The notes beneath the pieces are model-generated. The model was not told the origin of the DNA and did no database searches. It saw only the letters and a program-made list of their open reading frames with translations. Position numbers and translations under genes: made by a program. 64,000 bases of DNA from an uncultured Clostridia bacterium. GTDB taxonomy: Bacteria > Bacillota > Clostridia > Oscillospirales > Acutalibacteraceae. The number at the start of each line of letters is the position of its first letter. Position 1 is the stretch's first letter. Positions 1 to 10,007 of the stretch are shown here, one piece after another. The DNA lies in assembly GCA_944376265.1 (NCBI GenBank), contig CALWCD010000002.1:899-64898 (forward strand). Reading direction: 5' to 3'.

Positions 1-581
1 AGTTCATCCAGAATGTACTGCTTCCGCTCGAAGTCGATGGAGAGGTTGGACGCGATGTAGTCGGAAAGCCGGCCGCAGTCCTTTTCCTGAAGCACTCCCA
101 GGAGCACATCCGGGGGAACATGTTTGAACAGCCGGAGATATTCGTCGAATTTCTCGTGGATGATCCGCAGCAGCGCCTCCGAGCGGTAGGAAGGCTTATA
201 CGTGAGCACGGGACACTTGGTGATGTCCCCCAGCAGGTAGGGTTCTTCCTGCAAAAGGGTGTTGATCTCCCCTCGGCAGACGCCCTCCACGTGGACCTTA
301 ACCCCTTCCTCCGAGTGCTGCACCACCTGCTTCACCCTGCCGATGACCCCGATCTTATACAGGTCGTCTCCGGTAGGTTCTTTCTCGGAAAGGTTGATTT
401 GGGTGACGAGAAAGATCAGCCGGTCTTTGGAAAGGGCTTCCGACACCGCCAGCACGGATTTCTTGCGGGCAACGTCGAACTGCAGCATCATGCCCGGAAA
501 AAACACCAGGCCACGCACTGCCAGCACCGGCAAGACCAGATTGTTCTCGATCTTGGTATTTTCGTCTGTAAAAATTTGCAT
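1..581 (-). CDS. lon: Lon ATP-dependent protease, N-terminal part (runs off window start)
   Basis: Not in the ORF track; translated by hand from ATG at 581 (SD TAGGAG): MQIFTDENTKIENNLVLPVLAVRGLVFFPGMMLQFDVARKKS..., a Lon N-domain, open to base 1; follows tig-clpP-clpX. Confidence 0.9.
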   Translation of the reverse strand, partial: MQIFTDENTKIENNLVLPVLAVRGLVFFPGMMLQFDVARKKSVLAVSEALSKDRLIFLVTQINLSEKEPTGDDLYKIGVIGRVKQVVQHSEEGVKVHVEGVCRGEINTLLQEEPYLLGDITKCPVLTYKPSYRSEALLRIIHEKFDEYLRLFKHVPPDVLLGVLQEKDCGRLSDYIASNLSIDFERKQYILDE

Positions 582-603
582 GTATGTACTCCTAAATACC
601 AGC

Positions 604-634
604 AAAAGGCTGGGGCCGGCGCCTCAGCCTTTTT
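604..634 (-). terminator. Terminator-like hairpin between clpX and lon
   Basis: AAAAGGCTG..CAGCCTTTT inverted repeat followed by T-run. Confidence 0.5.
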
Positions 635-654
635 GTCTGTGGAATTGTGTTCCT

Positions 655-1956
655 TTACGAAACGGAATCCCTGCGGTCCCGGCGCTTGGGCTGGGTGATC
701 TTGATTTTCACAGGCTTCCGGTCCTGGTTGTAGGTGACCTGGGGAGCTGCGCCGTTTTCCACAGTCTCCTTGGTGATAACCACCTTTTCAATGGTGTAGT
801 CGCTGGGCACCTGGTACATCAGGGGCATCAGGATATCCTCCATAATGGACCGCAGACCCCGGGCGCCGGTTTTGCGCTCCAGAGTTTTTTTGGCCACAGC
901 CACCAGGGCGTCCTCGGTGAACTCCAGGTCCACCTTATCCAGATCAAACAGCTTCTTGTACTGGTTCAGCAGAGAGTTTTTGGGCTCCCGGAGAATCCGT
1001 ACCAGAGCGTCCTCATCCAGAGCGTTCAGGGCGGTGATCACGGGAATGCGGCCTACCAGCTCGGGAATCAAGCCGTATTTCACCAGGTCGTGGGGTGTGA
1101 CGTCCTTCATCCAGTCAATCTCATCCAGCTCTTTCTTTCCGTGAACCTCTCCGCCGAAGCCCAGCGAACTGGAAGCGGACCGTCTCTGGACGATCTTTTC
1201 CAGGCCGTCGAAGGCGCCGCCGCAGATGAACAGAATGTTGGAGGTGTTGATGTTGATGGCCTCCTGCTGGGGATGCTTGCGGCCGCCCTTGGGGGGCACG
1301 CTGGCCACAGTGCCTTCCAGGATCTTCAACAGAGCCTGCTGCACGCCTTCGCCGCTTACGTCCCGGGTGATGGACTGGTTTTCAGACTTGCGGGAGATCT
1401 TGTCGATCTCATCAATGTAGATGATACCCCGCTCCGCCTTGAAAATATCGTAGTCCGCGGCCTGGATCAGCCGGAGAAGAATGTTCTCCACATCCTCGCC
1501 CACATAACCGGCCTCCGTCAACGTGGTGGCGTCCGCGATGGCAAAGGGAACGTCCAGCAGTTTCGCCAGCGTCTGGGCCAGATAGGTTTTGCCCACGCCT
1601 GTGGGACCCAGCAAAAGCACATTGCTCTTGGTGATCTCCACGTCGTCGTCGGAAAAATAAATGCGTTTATAGTGGTTGTAGACGGCCACGGAAAGGGCCA
1701 TTTTGGCGCTGTCCTGGCCCACCACGTACTCGTCCAGCTTTTTCTTGATCTCCTGGGGCTTCGGCAGGAGGATGCCCACCTCTTTCTCGTCGCTTCTCCC
1801 CTTCTTCAGCCGGTCCTCGTCCTCGATAATGGACATGCACAATTTGACGCAGGCGTCGCAGATGTACACCCCGGAACCGGCGATCAGCCGGTCCGCCACT
1901 GACTGAGGCTTGCCGCAGAAGGAACAGCAGATCTCGTGGTCATTGCTGTTTGGCAT
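655..1956 (-). CDS. clpX: ATP-dependent Clp protease ATP-binding subunit ClpX
   Basis: C4 zinc finger CSFC..CDAC, Walker [18 protein letters not shown] loop. Confidence 0.98.
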   Translation of the reverse strand: MPNSNDHEICCSFCGKPQSVADRLIAGSGVYICDACVKLCMSIIEDEDRLKKGRSDEKEVGILLPKPQEIKKKLDEYVVGQDSAKMALSVAVYNHYKRIYFSDDDVEITKSNVLLLGPTGVGKTYLAQTLAKLLDVPFAIADATTLTEAGYVGEDVENILLRLIQAADYDIFKAERGIIYIDEIDKISRKSENQSITRDVSGEGVQQALLKILEGTVASVPPKGGRKHPQQEAININTSNILFICGGAFDGLEKIVQRRSASSSLGFGGEVHGKKELDEIDWMKDVTPHDLVKYGLIPELVGRIPVITALNALDEDALVRILREPKNSLLNQYKKLFDLDKVDLEFTEDALVAVAKKTLERKTGARGLRSIMEDILMPLMYQVPSDYTIEKVVITKETVENGAAPQVTYNQDRKPVKIKITQPKRRDRRDSVS

Positions 1957-1975
1957 CCGTCTACTCCCTTTCTTC

Positions 1976-2557
1976 TTATCGGTGTTCGATCACTTTGTCG
2001 ATCAGGCCGTATTCCAAGGCCTCCTGAGCGGTCATGAAATTGTCCCGCTCGGTATCTCGCTGCACCACTTCCAGGGGCTGGCCGGTGCGCTCCGAGAGGA
2101 TATGGTTCAACCGGTCTTTGATCCGCAGAATGTGGTTGGCGTGAATGCTGATATCCGTAGCCTGGCCCTGGGCGCCGCCGCTGGGCTGGTGGATCATAAT
2201 CTCGCTGTTGGGCAGGGCAAACCGCTTGCCCTTGGCGCCTGCCGCCAGAAGGAACGCGCCCATGCTGGCAGCCATGCCGATGCAGATGGTGGAAACATCG
2301 CACTTGATATACTGCATGGTGTCGTAAATGGCCATGCCGTCGGTGATAACACCGCCGGGGCTGTTGATATACAGGGAGATATCCTTTTCCGGATCTTGCC
2401 CTTCCAAATACAGCAGCTGAGCGACCACAACACCGGCGGACGCGCTGTTTACATCTTCGTTGAGAAGAATGATGCGGTCATTGAGCAGCCGGGAGAAAAT
2501 GTCATAAGAACGCTCGCCCCGGTTTGTCTGTTCGATCACATAGGGGATTAAGCTCAT
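1976..2557 (-). CDS. clpP: Clp protease proteolytic subunit
   Basis: [36 protein letters not shown]; SD AAAGGAG before ATG 2557. Confidence 0.98.
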   Translation of the reverse strand: MSLIPYVIEQTNRGERSYDIFSRLLNDRIILLNEDVNSASAGVVVAQLLYLEGQDPEKDISLYINSPGGVITDGMAIYDTMQYIKCDVSTICIGMAASMGAFLLAAGAKGKRFALPNSEIMIHQPSGGAQGQATDISIHANHILRIKDRLNHILSERTGQPLEVVQRDTERDNFMTAQEALEYGLIDKVIEHR

Positions 2558-2632
2558 GCGCTGTGAAGCTCCTTTCGCAAACATGATTTAGTATGAAAGC
2601 AAACAGTAAGGTTTATTCCCTGATCCTGCTGT

Positions 2633-4063
2633 TTAGCCCTCGGTTTTTTCCTCGGTGGCTTCTTCTGCTTTAGCGGCCTTGCTCCGGGTCTTCTTGGGAG
2701 CTTCCTCGCCTTCGGCAGCTTCCGCCTTTTTCTTGGTGGAGGCGCGCTTCTTCGCGGGCTTGGCTTCCTTCTCGGGAGCGGCTTCCTTGATCACGGCGTT
2801 CTCCTTGATAAAGTCGATGGCCTTCTGGTTCTGGATGTCCCCGTTGATGCCTTCCACGCTCACCAGGTTCTTCACGTTCTCCAGAGGCATGCCGTAAGCG
2901 TCGGCCAGCTTCTGATACTCGGCCTCGGTCTCTTCCTCAGTGGGCTTCAGGTCTTCCAGCTGGGCGATCTTCTCCAGGCCCAGACGGACCTTCACCTGGC
3001 GCTCCGCCTGGGGCTTGTACTGGGCGCGCAGGTCATCGGTGGTCTGGCCGGTGTACTTCAGGTAGGTCTCCAGCTTCAGGCCCTGGGACTGGAGGCGGTA
3101 AGCGAAGGAGTTGATGACCTCGTCCACTTCGTTCTCCACCATCTCGTCGGGGATCTCAGCCTGGACCTTCTCGATGACGGCGTCCACCAGCTGGTTCTCA
3201 ATGTCGCTCTCGGCGGCCTTGTTCTTCTGCTCCTGAAGGCGCTTCTCAATGTCCTTGCGGTACTCGTCCAAAGTGTCAAACTCGCTCACGTCCTTGGCGA
3301 ACTCGTCGTCCACAGTGGGCAGTTCCTTCATCTTGATCTCGTGAAGCTTGATCTTGAACACGGCAGGCTTGCCCTTCAGTTCCTCGGCATGGTAATCCTC
3401 GGGGAAGGTGACGTTCACGTCGAACTCGTCGCCCACGTTGTGGCCAACCACCTGATCCTCGAAGCCGGGGATGAACTGGCCGGCGCCCAGGGTCAGCTCG
3501 TAGTTGTCGGCCTTGCCGCCGTCGAACTGCTTGCCGTCCACATAGCCGTCAAAGTCGATGGTGACCATGTCTCCGTTCTCAGCGGCACGGTCCTCCACGG
3601 TGACAATGCGGGAATTGCGCTCCCGCACCCGGTCGATCTCCTGGTCGATGTCCTCTGCGGTAACTTCCACAGGAATCTTGGTGACCTCAATGCCCTTGTA
3701 GCCTTCGATGGTGGCTTCGGGCTTGGTGACCACGTTCAGCTTGCAGAGAATGCCCTTCTCCTTGCCGATCTCGTCAATCTTGAACTCGCCGATGCTGATG
3801 ACCTGCAGGCCGGACTTCTCCACAGCCTCCATCACCATGGGGCGGTACAGATGGTCGATAGCGGCCTCGTAGAACACTTCTTCACCGTAATATTTCTCAA
3901 TGAAAGCCCGGGGAGCCTTGCCCTTGCGGAAACCGGGAACGTTCATTTTTTTGCTTTCCCGCTTGTAAACAGCGTTGATCGCGTCGTTGAATTCCTCGGG
4001 GCTGACTTCCAGCTCCAATTCATAGCGGTTGATTTCCAGGTTGTTGGTCGCTTTTACATTCAT
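2633..4063 (-). CDS. tig: Trigger factor
   Basis: VPGFRKGKAP ribosome-binding motif, FKBP domain (GQFIPGFEDQ); upstream of clpP. Confidence 0.97.
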   Translation of the reverse strand: MNVKATNNLEINRYELELEVSPEEFNDAINAVYKRESKKMNVPGFRKGKAPRAFIEKYYGEEVFYEAAIDHLYRPMVMEAVEKSGLQVISIGEFKIDEIGKEKGILCKLNVVTKPEATIEGYKGIEVTKIPVEVTAEDIDQEIDRVRERNSRIVTVEDRAAENGDMVTIDFDGYVDGKQFDGGKADNYELTLGAGQFIPGFEDQVVGHNVGDEFDVNVTFPEDYHAEELKGKPAVFKIKLHEIKMKELPTVDDEFAKDVSEFDTLDEYRKDIEKRLQEQKNKAAESDIENQLVDAVIEKVQAEIPDEMVENEVDEVINSFAYRLQSQGLKLETYLKYTGQTTDDLRAQYKPQAERQVKVRLGLEKIAQLEDLKPTEEETEAEYQKLADAYGMPLENVKNLVSVEGINGDIQNQKAIDFIKENAVIKEAAPEKEAKPAKKRASTKKKAEAAEGEEAPKKTRSKAAKAEEATEEKTEG

Positions 4064-4180
4064 GACTCTGATTTCCTCTCAAAATAGACTTACCGAAGTA
4101 ACTGAATAATTATATCACAGGCTTGTGAAAGAATCCACAACTTTTCCGCAAATAATTTGGGAAAACAGAAAAAACTGGCC

Positions 4181-4870
4181 TCATTCCACCCGTACAGGAC
4201 AAAATTGGACGTAGTCGGCGGAGATCAGGTGCATCTTCACCCCTTTATATTCCCCCACCAATGCCTTCTGAGCGGCGTACTGGCCGTGGATATGCCCGAA
4301 ATAGCAGTGACGGATGTTGTTTTCCGCCAAAAGCTCCAGAATCTCCCTGCATTCCATATTGTCGTAAACGGGGGGATAGTGGAGGAATGCCACCAGGTTG
4401 TCCCCCAGTTTTTTTCCTTCCGCCAAAGACATGGACAGCCGGCCGGCCTCTCTGGCAACAATCTTCCTGTCCTCGGCGGTCTCGGAGTTGTACAGCCAGC
4501 CTCTTGTGCCGCAGAGGACTTTTCCCTCCGCCAGGTAGGCACAGTTGAACAGCACCTTCATGTCGGAGAAACCATTGGCAGCCAGGAACTGGTCAATTTT
4601 GCTCCGGGTGGACCACCAGTAGTCGTGGTTGCCCTTGAGAAGGATCTTCTCCCCCGGCAGACTGTGGAGAAACTGGAAGTCCTGGAGGGTGTCCTCCAGT
4701 TTCATTGCCCAGGAAATATCCCCTGCAACCACCACGGTGTCCCCTTCCTTTACCACCCGGCGCCAGTTCTCCTCCAGGCGCTGGACGTAATTCTGCCAAC
4801 CACGGAAAACATCCATGGGCTTTTCCCCGTTGAGGGACAAATGCAGGTCCGCAATGGTGAACAGGCTCAT
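4181..4870 (-). CDS. Calcineurin-like metallophosphoesterase
   Basis: DLH, GD, GNHD, GHIH motifs; ATGA overlap with thrC stop. Confidence 0.85.
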   Translation of the reverse strand: MSLFTIADLHLSLNGEKPMDVFRGWQNYVQRLEENWRRVVKEGDTVVVAGDISWAMKLEDTLQDFQFLHSLPGEKILLKGNHDYWWSTRSKIDQFLAANGFSDMKVLFNCAYLAEGKVLCGTRGWLYNSETAEDRKIVAREAGRLSMSLAEGKKLGDNLVAFLHYPPVYDNMECREILELLAENNIRHCYFGHIHGQYAAQKALVGEYKGVKMHLISADYVQFCPVRVE

Positions 4871-6369
4871 TGCTGGCCGCCTATCCCAAGGGTCTCCAGC
4901 ACGTAGCCGGAGGCCTGTTCTTTGGGGATCACCCGGGAAAAGCGCTCTTCTTTTTCCCGGAGAGAGCGAAGCTTTTCAGGGGCCTGGATACCGGTGGCCT
5001 CTTCCAGCTGCCGCAGATTTTCAAAATCGTCCGCGCCGGAGACGATGCCCAAAGCTTCCAGGACGCTTGCGGAGAACTTGTAGGGGTTGGCCGTGGAGGC
5101 GATCACCGCGGGAACAGGGCTGCCCCCTGCCTCACGCTGGTACTGGCGGCACACGTCCACCGCCACAGCGGTGTGGGTGTCGCAGAGATATCCCTCCTTC
5201 TCCCACAGCTCCCGGATGGTCCGGGCAGTGCCGGCCTCGTTGCAGAAGCCGCCGAAAAACAGCTCCTGCACCTTGTTCAAGACAGCCTCCCCCACGGAAT
5301 ACACCCCTGTTTCCGCCAACTCTTTCATCCAGCAGGAGAGCACCTCGCTGTCTTCCCCGGCCAGGTCGTAGAGCAGCCGCTCCAAGTTGCTGGAGATCAG
5401 GATGTCCATGGAGGGCGAGGAGGTGGCGTAAAACTCCCGGCGCCGGTCGTAGGTGCCGGTGCGGATGAAATCGGTGAGCACCTTGTTGGCGTTGGAAGCG
5501 CACACCAGTTTCCGGATGGGCAGACCCATTTTCCGCCCATAGTACGCTGCCAGAATATTGCCGAAATTCCCGGTGGGAACCACCACGTCCATGGGTTCTC
5601 CCAGAGAGACAAGGCCTTTCCGCACCAGTTCCAGATAGGCGTAGACGTAGTAGACGATCTGGGGCAGCAGCCGTCCCCAGTTGATGGAGTTGGCGCTGGA
5701 GAACAGCATGTTGTGCTCCGCCAGAACTCTGTTCAATTCCCCGTCGGTAAAGATCTTCTTCACGCTGGACTGGGCGTCGTCAAAGTTTCCCTGAATGGCG
5801 CAAACGGACACATTGGCGCCCTCCTGGGTGACCATCTGGCGTTTCTGCATGGGACTGACGCCGTCCCTGGGATAGAACACCAGAATGCGTGTGCCGGGCA
5901 CGTCGCTGAACCCCTCCAGGGCAGCCTTGCCCGTGTCGCCGGAAGTGGCAGTCAGGATGACAGCCTCTTTTCCGCCCCCCACTTTCTTCAGGGCGGTGGT
6001 GAGAAACTGGGGCAGGATTTGAAGAGCCATGTCCTTGAACGCGCAGGTGGGACCGTGCCACAGTTCCAAAAGAACTTTATTCTCTGCCAAGGGGACAAGC
6101 TTTACAGGGCAGGGGTCTCCAAACTTTTCAGGGGTATAGGCCTTGTCCACGCAGGCGGCGATTTCCTCCTGGGTAAAATCGGTCAAAAACTTGGCAAAAA
6201 TCTCCTTGGCCAAGGCGGAGTAGTCCATCTCTAAAAAGGCGGGCAGCTCCTGAGAAAGATCGGGGAAGGTTTCCGGCACGAACAGGCCGCCTTCCTGGGA
6301 AATCCCCTGGGCGATCACCTGGGAGGCTTCCAGCCGCAGCTGGGAATTGCGGGTACTTTTATAGAGCAT
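4867..6369 (-). CDS. thrC: Threonine synthase
   Basis: ELWHGPTCAFKDMAL PLP-lysine motif, ATSGDTG, NSINWGR, PTGNFG; SD AGGTGA before ATG 6369. Confidence 0.93.
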   Translation of the reverse strand: MLYKSTRNSQLRLEASQVIAQGISQEGGLFVPETFPDLSQELPAFLEMDYSALAKEIFAKFLTDFTQEEIAACVDKAYTPEKFGDPCPVKLVPLAENKVLLELWHGPTCAFKDMALQILPQFLTTALKKVGGGKEAVILTATSGDTGKAALEGFSDVPGTRILVFYPRDGVSPMQKRQMVTQEGANVSVCAIQGNFDDAQSSVKKIFTDGELNRVLAEHNMLFSSANSINWGRLLPQIVYYVYAYLELVRKGLVSLGEPMDVVVPTGNFGNILAAYYGRKMGLPIRKLVCASNANKVLTDFIRTGTYDRRREFYATSSPSMDILISSNLERLLYDLAGEDSEVLSCWMKELAETGVYSVGEAVLNKVQELFFGGFCNEAGTARTIRELWEKEGYLCDTHTAVAVDVCRQYQREAGGSPVPAVIASTANPYKFSASVLEALGIVSGADDFENLRQLEEATGIQAPEKLRSLREKEERFSRVIPKEQASGYVLETLGIGGQQ

Positions 6370-6445
6370 CTGCATCACCTGTATTTCTAAAATTAAGATT
6401 CTCCTTTTTGCCAGAAACGCCCTGCGTACTGGCCGTTGCGGTATA

Positions 6446-6474
6446 ACTATACCCTACTTTCGCGGTTCTGTCAA
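6446..6474 (-). promoter_or_regulatory. sigmaA-type promoter for thrC
   Basis: TTGACA-N17-TATAGT; the TGA of -35 is the dipeptidase stop codon. Confidence 0.7.
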
Positions 6475-7406
6475 AGCAAATTCTCCGCTCGGAAGACCCG
6501 GGCGGCGTTGCCGTAGAACAGTTTCTCCACCACACTCTCCGGATAATGCCGGAGAAACAGCTGGTACAGGGCCGGTATGGCGGAAAGCCCCGGCATATCC
6601 GGGGGCAGGTCGGCGCCGTCCCAATCCCCGCCCATGGCCAGCACATCCTCTCCTCCCAGGGACAGGAAGTAGTCCCCGTGGCGAAGCACATCTTCCATGG
6701 ACGCCTGGTCCGGCCGGTCGTTGAGGAAGGCTTTATAGAAATTGAGGCCCACCAGCCCGCCGGATTTTTTGATGGCCAGGAACTGGTCTTTTGTCAGGTT
6801 TCTGGGGTGTCCGCAGATTTCCTTGGCGTTGGAGTGGGACGCCACCAGGGGGTGTTCCGCCAGTTCCGCCACGTCCCAGAACAGTTCCGGGCTGGCGTGG
6901 GACAGGTCGACCAGGATCCCGGCCTGCTCCATGGCTTTTACAGCTCTGCGGCCAAAGTCCGTAAGCCCGGTGGTGCCGGGGGCTGTCACGCCTCTGCCTA
7001 TTTCAGTGGCGCCGTTCCAGGTGAGGGTGCACATGCGCACTCCCAGTCGCTGGAGGTCTTGGATATGTTCCAGCGTTCCTCCCAGCGCCGCGCCGCTTTC
7101 CACAGTGAGAATGGCCCCGTGGCGTCCCTCACGCTCCAGCCGGTCCAGATCTCCGGGAGCCCTCAGCTGAGTCAGGCAGTCCCGGTTGTCCTGAACCTCT
7201 TGGGAAAAACGCCGGGCCACTTTCAGAAAACGCTGCCAGGCCGGTTCGCCGCGCAGGTCGTCAGGCAGCCACACGGCGTAGCACTGCACGTAGCGTTCCC
7301 ATCCCTCCACGGTTTTCAGGCTGACGTGGAGGTTGTTATCCCGTAAAGGGATATCCCTTTGCGCACACTCCGTCATGGTGTCGCAATGCAGGTCGAAATA
7401 GCGCAT
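6471..7406 (-). CDS. Membrane dipeptidase (peptidase M19) family
   Basis: DLHCDT, ESG, DLSH, ASHSN, GGDWDG amidohydrolase motifs. Confidence 0.85.
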   Translation of the reverse strand: MRYFDLHCDTMTECAQRDIPLRDNNLHVSLKTVEGWERYVQCYAVWLPDDLRGEPAWQRFLKVARRFSQEVQDNRDCLTQLRAPGDLDRLEREGRHGAILTVESGAALGGTLEHIQDLQRLGVRMCTLTWNGATEIGRGVTAPGTTGLTDFGRRAVKAMEQAGILVDLSHASPELFWDVAELAEHPLVASHSNAKEICGHPRNLTKDQFLAIKKSGGLVGLNFYKAFLNDRPDQASMEDVLRHGDYFLSLGGEDVLAMGGDWDGADLPPDMPGLSAIPALYQLFLRHYPESVVEKLFYGNAARVFRAENLL

Positions 7407-7424
7407 ACAAGCCCTCCTTTCAGG

Positions 7425-7781
7425 CTAGTGGGCAAAAAAGGCGTTTTCCAGGTACTGCTCCACAGCAAAACACCCCTCCCGCAGGCAGACCGCCGCGGCA
7501 TCGAACCGGGGCTGGAGCTTGCTTGGGTTTTGCCGCAGATATTCCAGGGCGGTAGCGGTGAGCTTTCGCTGTTTGGCGGGAGTGATGGCTTCCAGCGGGG
7601 AAACCAGGCTGTTCTGGGCCCTGGTCTTCACTTCTACAAAGGCAATATACGGCCCACGCCTGGCGATGATGTCGATTTCCCCAAAGCGGGAGTGAAAATT
7701 CCTTTTGAGAATTTCATACCCCCGCTCCTCCAGCCATGCCGCCACGCATTCTTCCCCCGCCGTCCCAGTTGCCGGTTTCAT
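7425..7781 (-). CDS. YraN family (UPF0102) predicted nuclease
   Basis: [31 protein letters not shown]; overlaps rnhB stop (ATGA). Confidence 0.88.
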   Translation of the reverse strand: MKPATGTAGEECVAAWLEERGYEILKRNFHSRFGEIDIIARRGPYIAFVEVKTRAQNSLVSPLEAITPAKQRKLTATALEYLRQNPSKLQPRFDAAAVCLREGCFAVEQYLENAFFAH

Positions 7782-8422
7782 GAATGCTTCTCCTCCAAAT
7801 TCTTCAGAAAACTCCTGCGGTGGATGGGCAGAAGCCCGAACTGCTGAATGGCCTCGTAGTGGGCCTTGGTTCCGTACCCCTTGTGCTTGGCAAAGCCGTA
7901 CTGGGGATAGAGCTGGTCCCACTCCCGCAAAAGCCTGTCACGGCTCACTTTTGCCAAAATGGACGCCGCCGCGATGCTGGCGCACTGGGCGTCGCCTTTC
8001 ACCACGGTTTCCCCAGGAAAGTCCCACGGGGGCATACGGTTGCCGTCCACCAGTACCCACCCCGGCTTCTGGGACAACCTCTCCACCGCCCGTTTCATGG
8101 CCAGAAATGTGGCCTGAAGAATGTTGACCCGGTCAATTTCCTCGGCGGTGGCCCAGCCTATGCTCCAGGCAAGCGCCTGCTCCTGAATGACGGGAAAAAG
8201 TGCTTCCCGCTTTTTCTCTGTCAGCTTTTTCGAGTCGTTCAGTCCCGGGATGACCAAGTCCCGGGGAAGGATCACCGCGGCGGCGCACACCGGCCCTGCC
8301 AATGGGCCTCTGCCCGCTTCGTCCACCCCGCAGACCGGTCCATGCCCGGCTGCTTCCGCCTGACGTTCCCAGGCGTACCAGTCAAAGCTTTCCGGAAGTG
8401 TTCCGGCAGTTCGTCCCGCCAT
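7778..8422 (-). CDS. rnhB: Ribonuclease HII
   Basis: [36 protein letters not shown]. Confidence 0.96.
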   Translation of the reverse strand: MAGRTAGTLPESFDWYAWERQAEAAGHGPVCGVDEAGRGPLAGPVCAAAVILPRDLVIPGLNDSKKLTEKKREALFPVIQEQALAWSIGWATAEEIDRVNILQATFLAMKRAVERLSQKPGWVLVDGNRMPPWDFPGETVVKGDAQCASIAAASILAKVSRDRLLREWDQLYPQYGFAKHKGYGTKAHYEAIQQFGLLPIHRRSFLKNLEEKHS

Positions 8423-8444
8423 GAAGGTTCCTCCTTTGCGCCGG

Positions 8445-9317
8445 TCAGGGCCGTTCCAGGGTGATGCGCCCCAGCTTGCCCCCTCGGTATTCGTCCAGCA
8501 CGGTGATGGCGGCGCGTTCGGTGTTCACTTCGCCTCCGGAGATGAGCATACCCCGCTTGCGGCCTACCTGTTCTAGGATTTCGTGGCCGGGAAGCCGGTC
8601 TTCCGGGGAAAGGTTGGTCTTGTAGCGGCTGTTTACCGCATCGGGGTAAAGCTCCATCAGCAGCTCCAGCAGATGGCCTGCCAGGCCTTCCAGGTCCAGG
8701 ATCTCGTCCCGGACGGCGCCGGTGAAAGCCAGGTGCTCCCCCACAATAGGGTCTTCAAACTTGGGCCACAGCACGCCGGGGGTGTCCAGAAGCTCAAACC
8801 CCTTCCCCACGGTAAACCAACGGTTCTGTCGGGTGACACCGGGACGGTCCTGTACTTCCGCTTTGCCCGCCTTTCCTCCGTAGATCATCCGGTTGATAAA
8901 GGAGGACTTTCCCACGTTGGGGATCCCCACCACCATCACCCGGATAGGGCGTCCCACCATGCCTTTCCGCTCCCATGCCTGGATCTGCTCCTTCAGCACT
9001 TCCCGCACCGCAGGGTAAAAGGCGTTGATGCCCTTGCCCGTTTTGCTCTCAATGGGAATGGCTTTCTCCCCCAGAGACGCGTAGTGGGCGATCCAGCGGT
9101 TGGTCTGGACAGGGTCCGCCATGTCGCTCTTGTTCAGCAGCACCACTTTGGGCTTGCGCTGGATAATGTCCCGCAGAACAGGGTTGGAGCTGCTTTGGGG
9201 GACCCGGGCGTCCAGGATTTCCGCCACAGCGTCCACCAATTTTAAGTCCTCCCCGATTTTTCGCCTGGTTTTTGCCATGTGGCCGGGAAACCACTGGATG
9301 GGTCGAATTTCGTCCAC
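8445..9317 (-). CDS. rbgA: Ribosome biogenesis GTPase RbgA/YlqF
   Basis: [32 protein letters not shown] (circularly permuted GTPase). Confidence 0.96.
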   Translation of the reverse strand: MDEIRPIQWFPGHMAKTRRKIGEDLKLVDAVAEILDARVPQSSSNPVLRDIIQRKPKVVLLNKSDMADPVQTNRWIAHYASLGEKAIPIESKTGKGINAFYPAVREVLKEQIQAWERKGMVGRPIRVMVVGIPNVGKSSFINRMIYGGKAGKAEVQDRPGVTRQNRWFTVGKGFELLDTPGVLWPKFEDPIVGEHLAFTGAVRDEILDLEGLAGHLLELLMELYPDAVNSRYKTNLSPEDRLPGHEILEQVGRKRGMLISGGEVNTERAAITVLDEYRGGKLGRITLERP

Positions 9318-9403
9318 AGATGCCGCCTCCTAACAATATCGAGATGGGCGGCCCGTTTTGTCACCAGTCCGCCCATGCGTTTTCTCTGTTCACAATGCAG
9401 TTT

Positions 9404-9991
9404 TCAAGCCAGCCCAATCTTGGAAAAGGGGTAAAGGTTGAAGACGACTTTTCCCAAAAGATTTCTGGTGTCCACCATCCCCACCTCCACAAACCGGCTG
9501 TCTTTGGAGTTGTCCCGGTTGTCCCCCAGCACGAACACACAGCCCTCGGGCACTGTCTGGGGAAATTCCAGCACGCTTCCCGGAAGGTCCGGCACATATG
9601 TGATGCCGTCTTCAATGCCGAACAGGGAGCCGGAGAGCACCTGGCCGTCCACAGTAACCTCTCCCAGTTCCGGGTCGAAGTCCACCACCTGGCCCTCAGT
9701 GGCAATCACCCGCTTGATGATAGGCTCGTCCAGCGCTCCCACCACTATGACCACGTCCCCTTGCTCAGCGGGACCCGCCCATTTGGTCACCAGAACCCGG
9801 TCGCCATTATAATAGGTAGGCTCCATGGAACGGCCGTCCACGGTGATCACCCGGGCGGCAAAGGTGAACACCACCGCCACCAGGATCACCGCGGTCACAA
9901 TGGTTTCCGCCCACTCCAGCGCGGAACGGACCAACCGCGACGGCATTCTGGGCTGGTTTTCTTCCCGATTGGTTTCCACAGTTCCCTCCAA
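9404..9991 (-). CDS. lepB: Signal peptidase I (copy 2)
   Basis: TM helix, GRSMEPT (Ser), IIKRVIA (Lys), GDNRDNSKDSR; TTG start after AAGGAGG. Confidence 0.93.
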   Translation of the reverse strand: MEGTVETNREENQPRMPSRLVRSALEWAETIVTAVILVAVVFTFAARVITVDGRSMEPTYYNGDRVLVTKWAGPAEQGDVVIVVGALDEPIIKRVIATEGQVVDFDPELGEVTVDGQVLSGSLFGIEDGITYVPDLPGSVLEFPQTVPEGCVFVLGDNRDNSKDSRFVEVGMVDTRNLLGKVVFNLYPFSKIGLA

Positions 9992-10007
9992 GATGGTCCC
10001 TCCTTTA

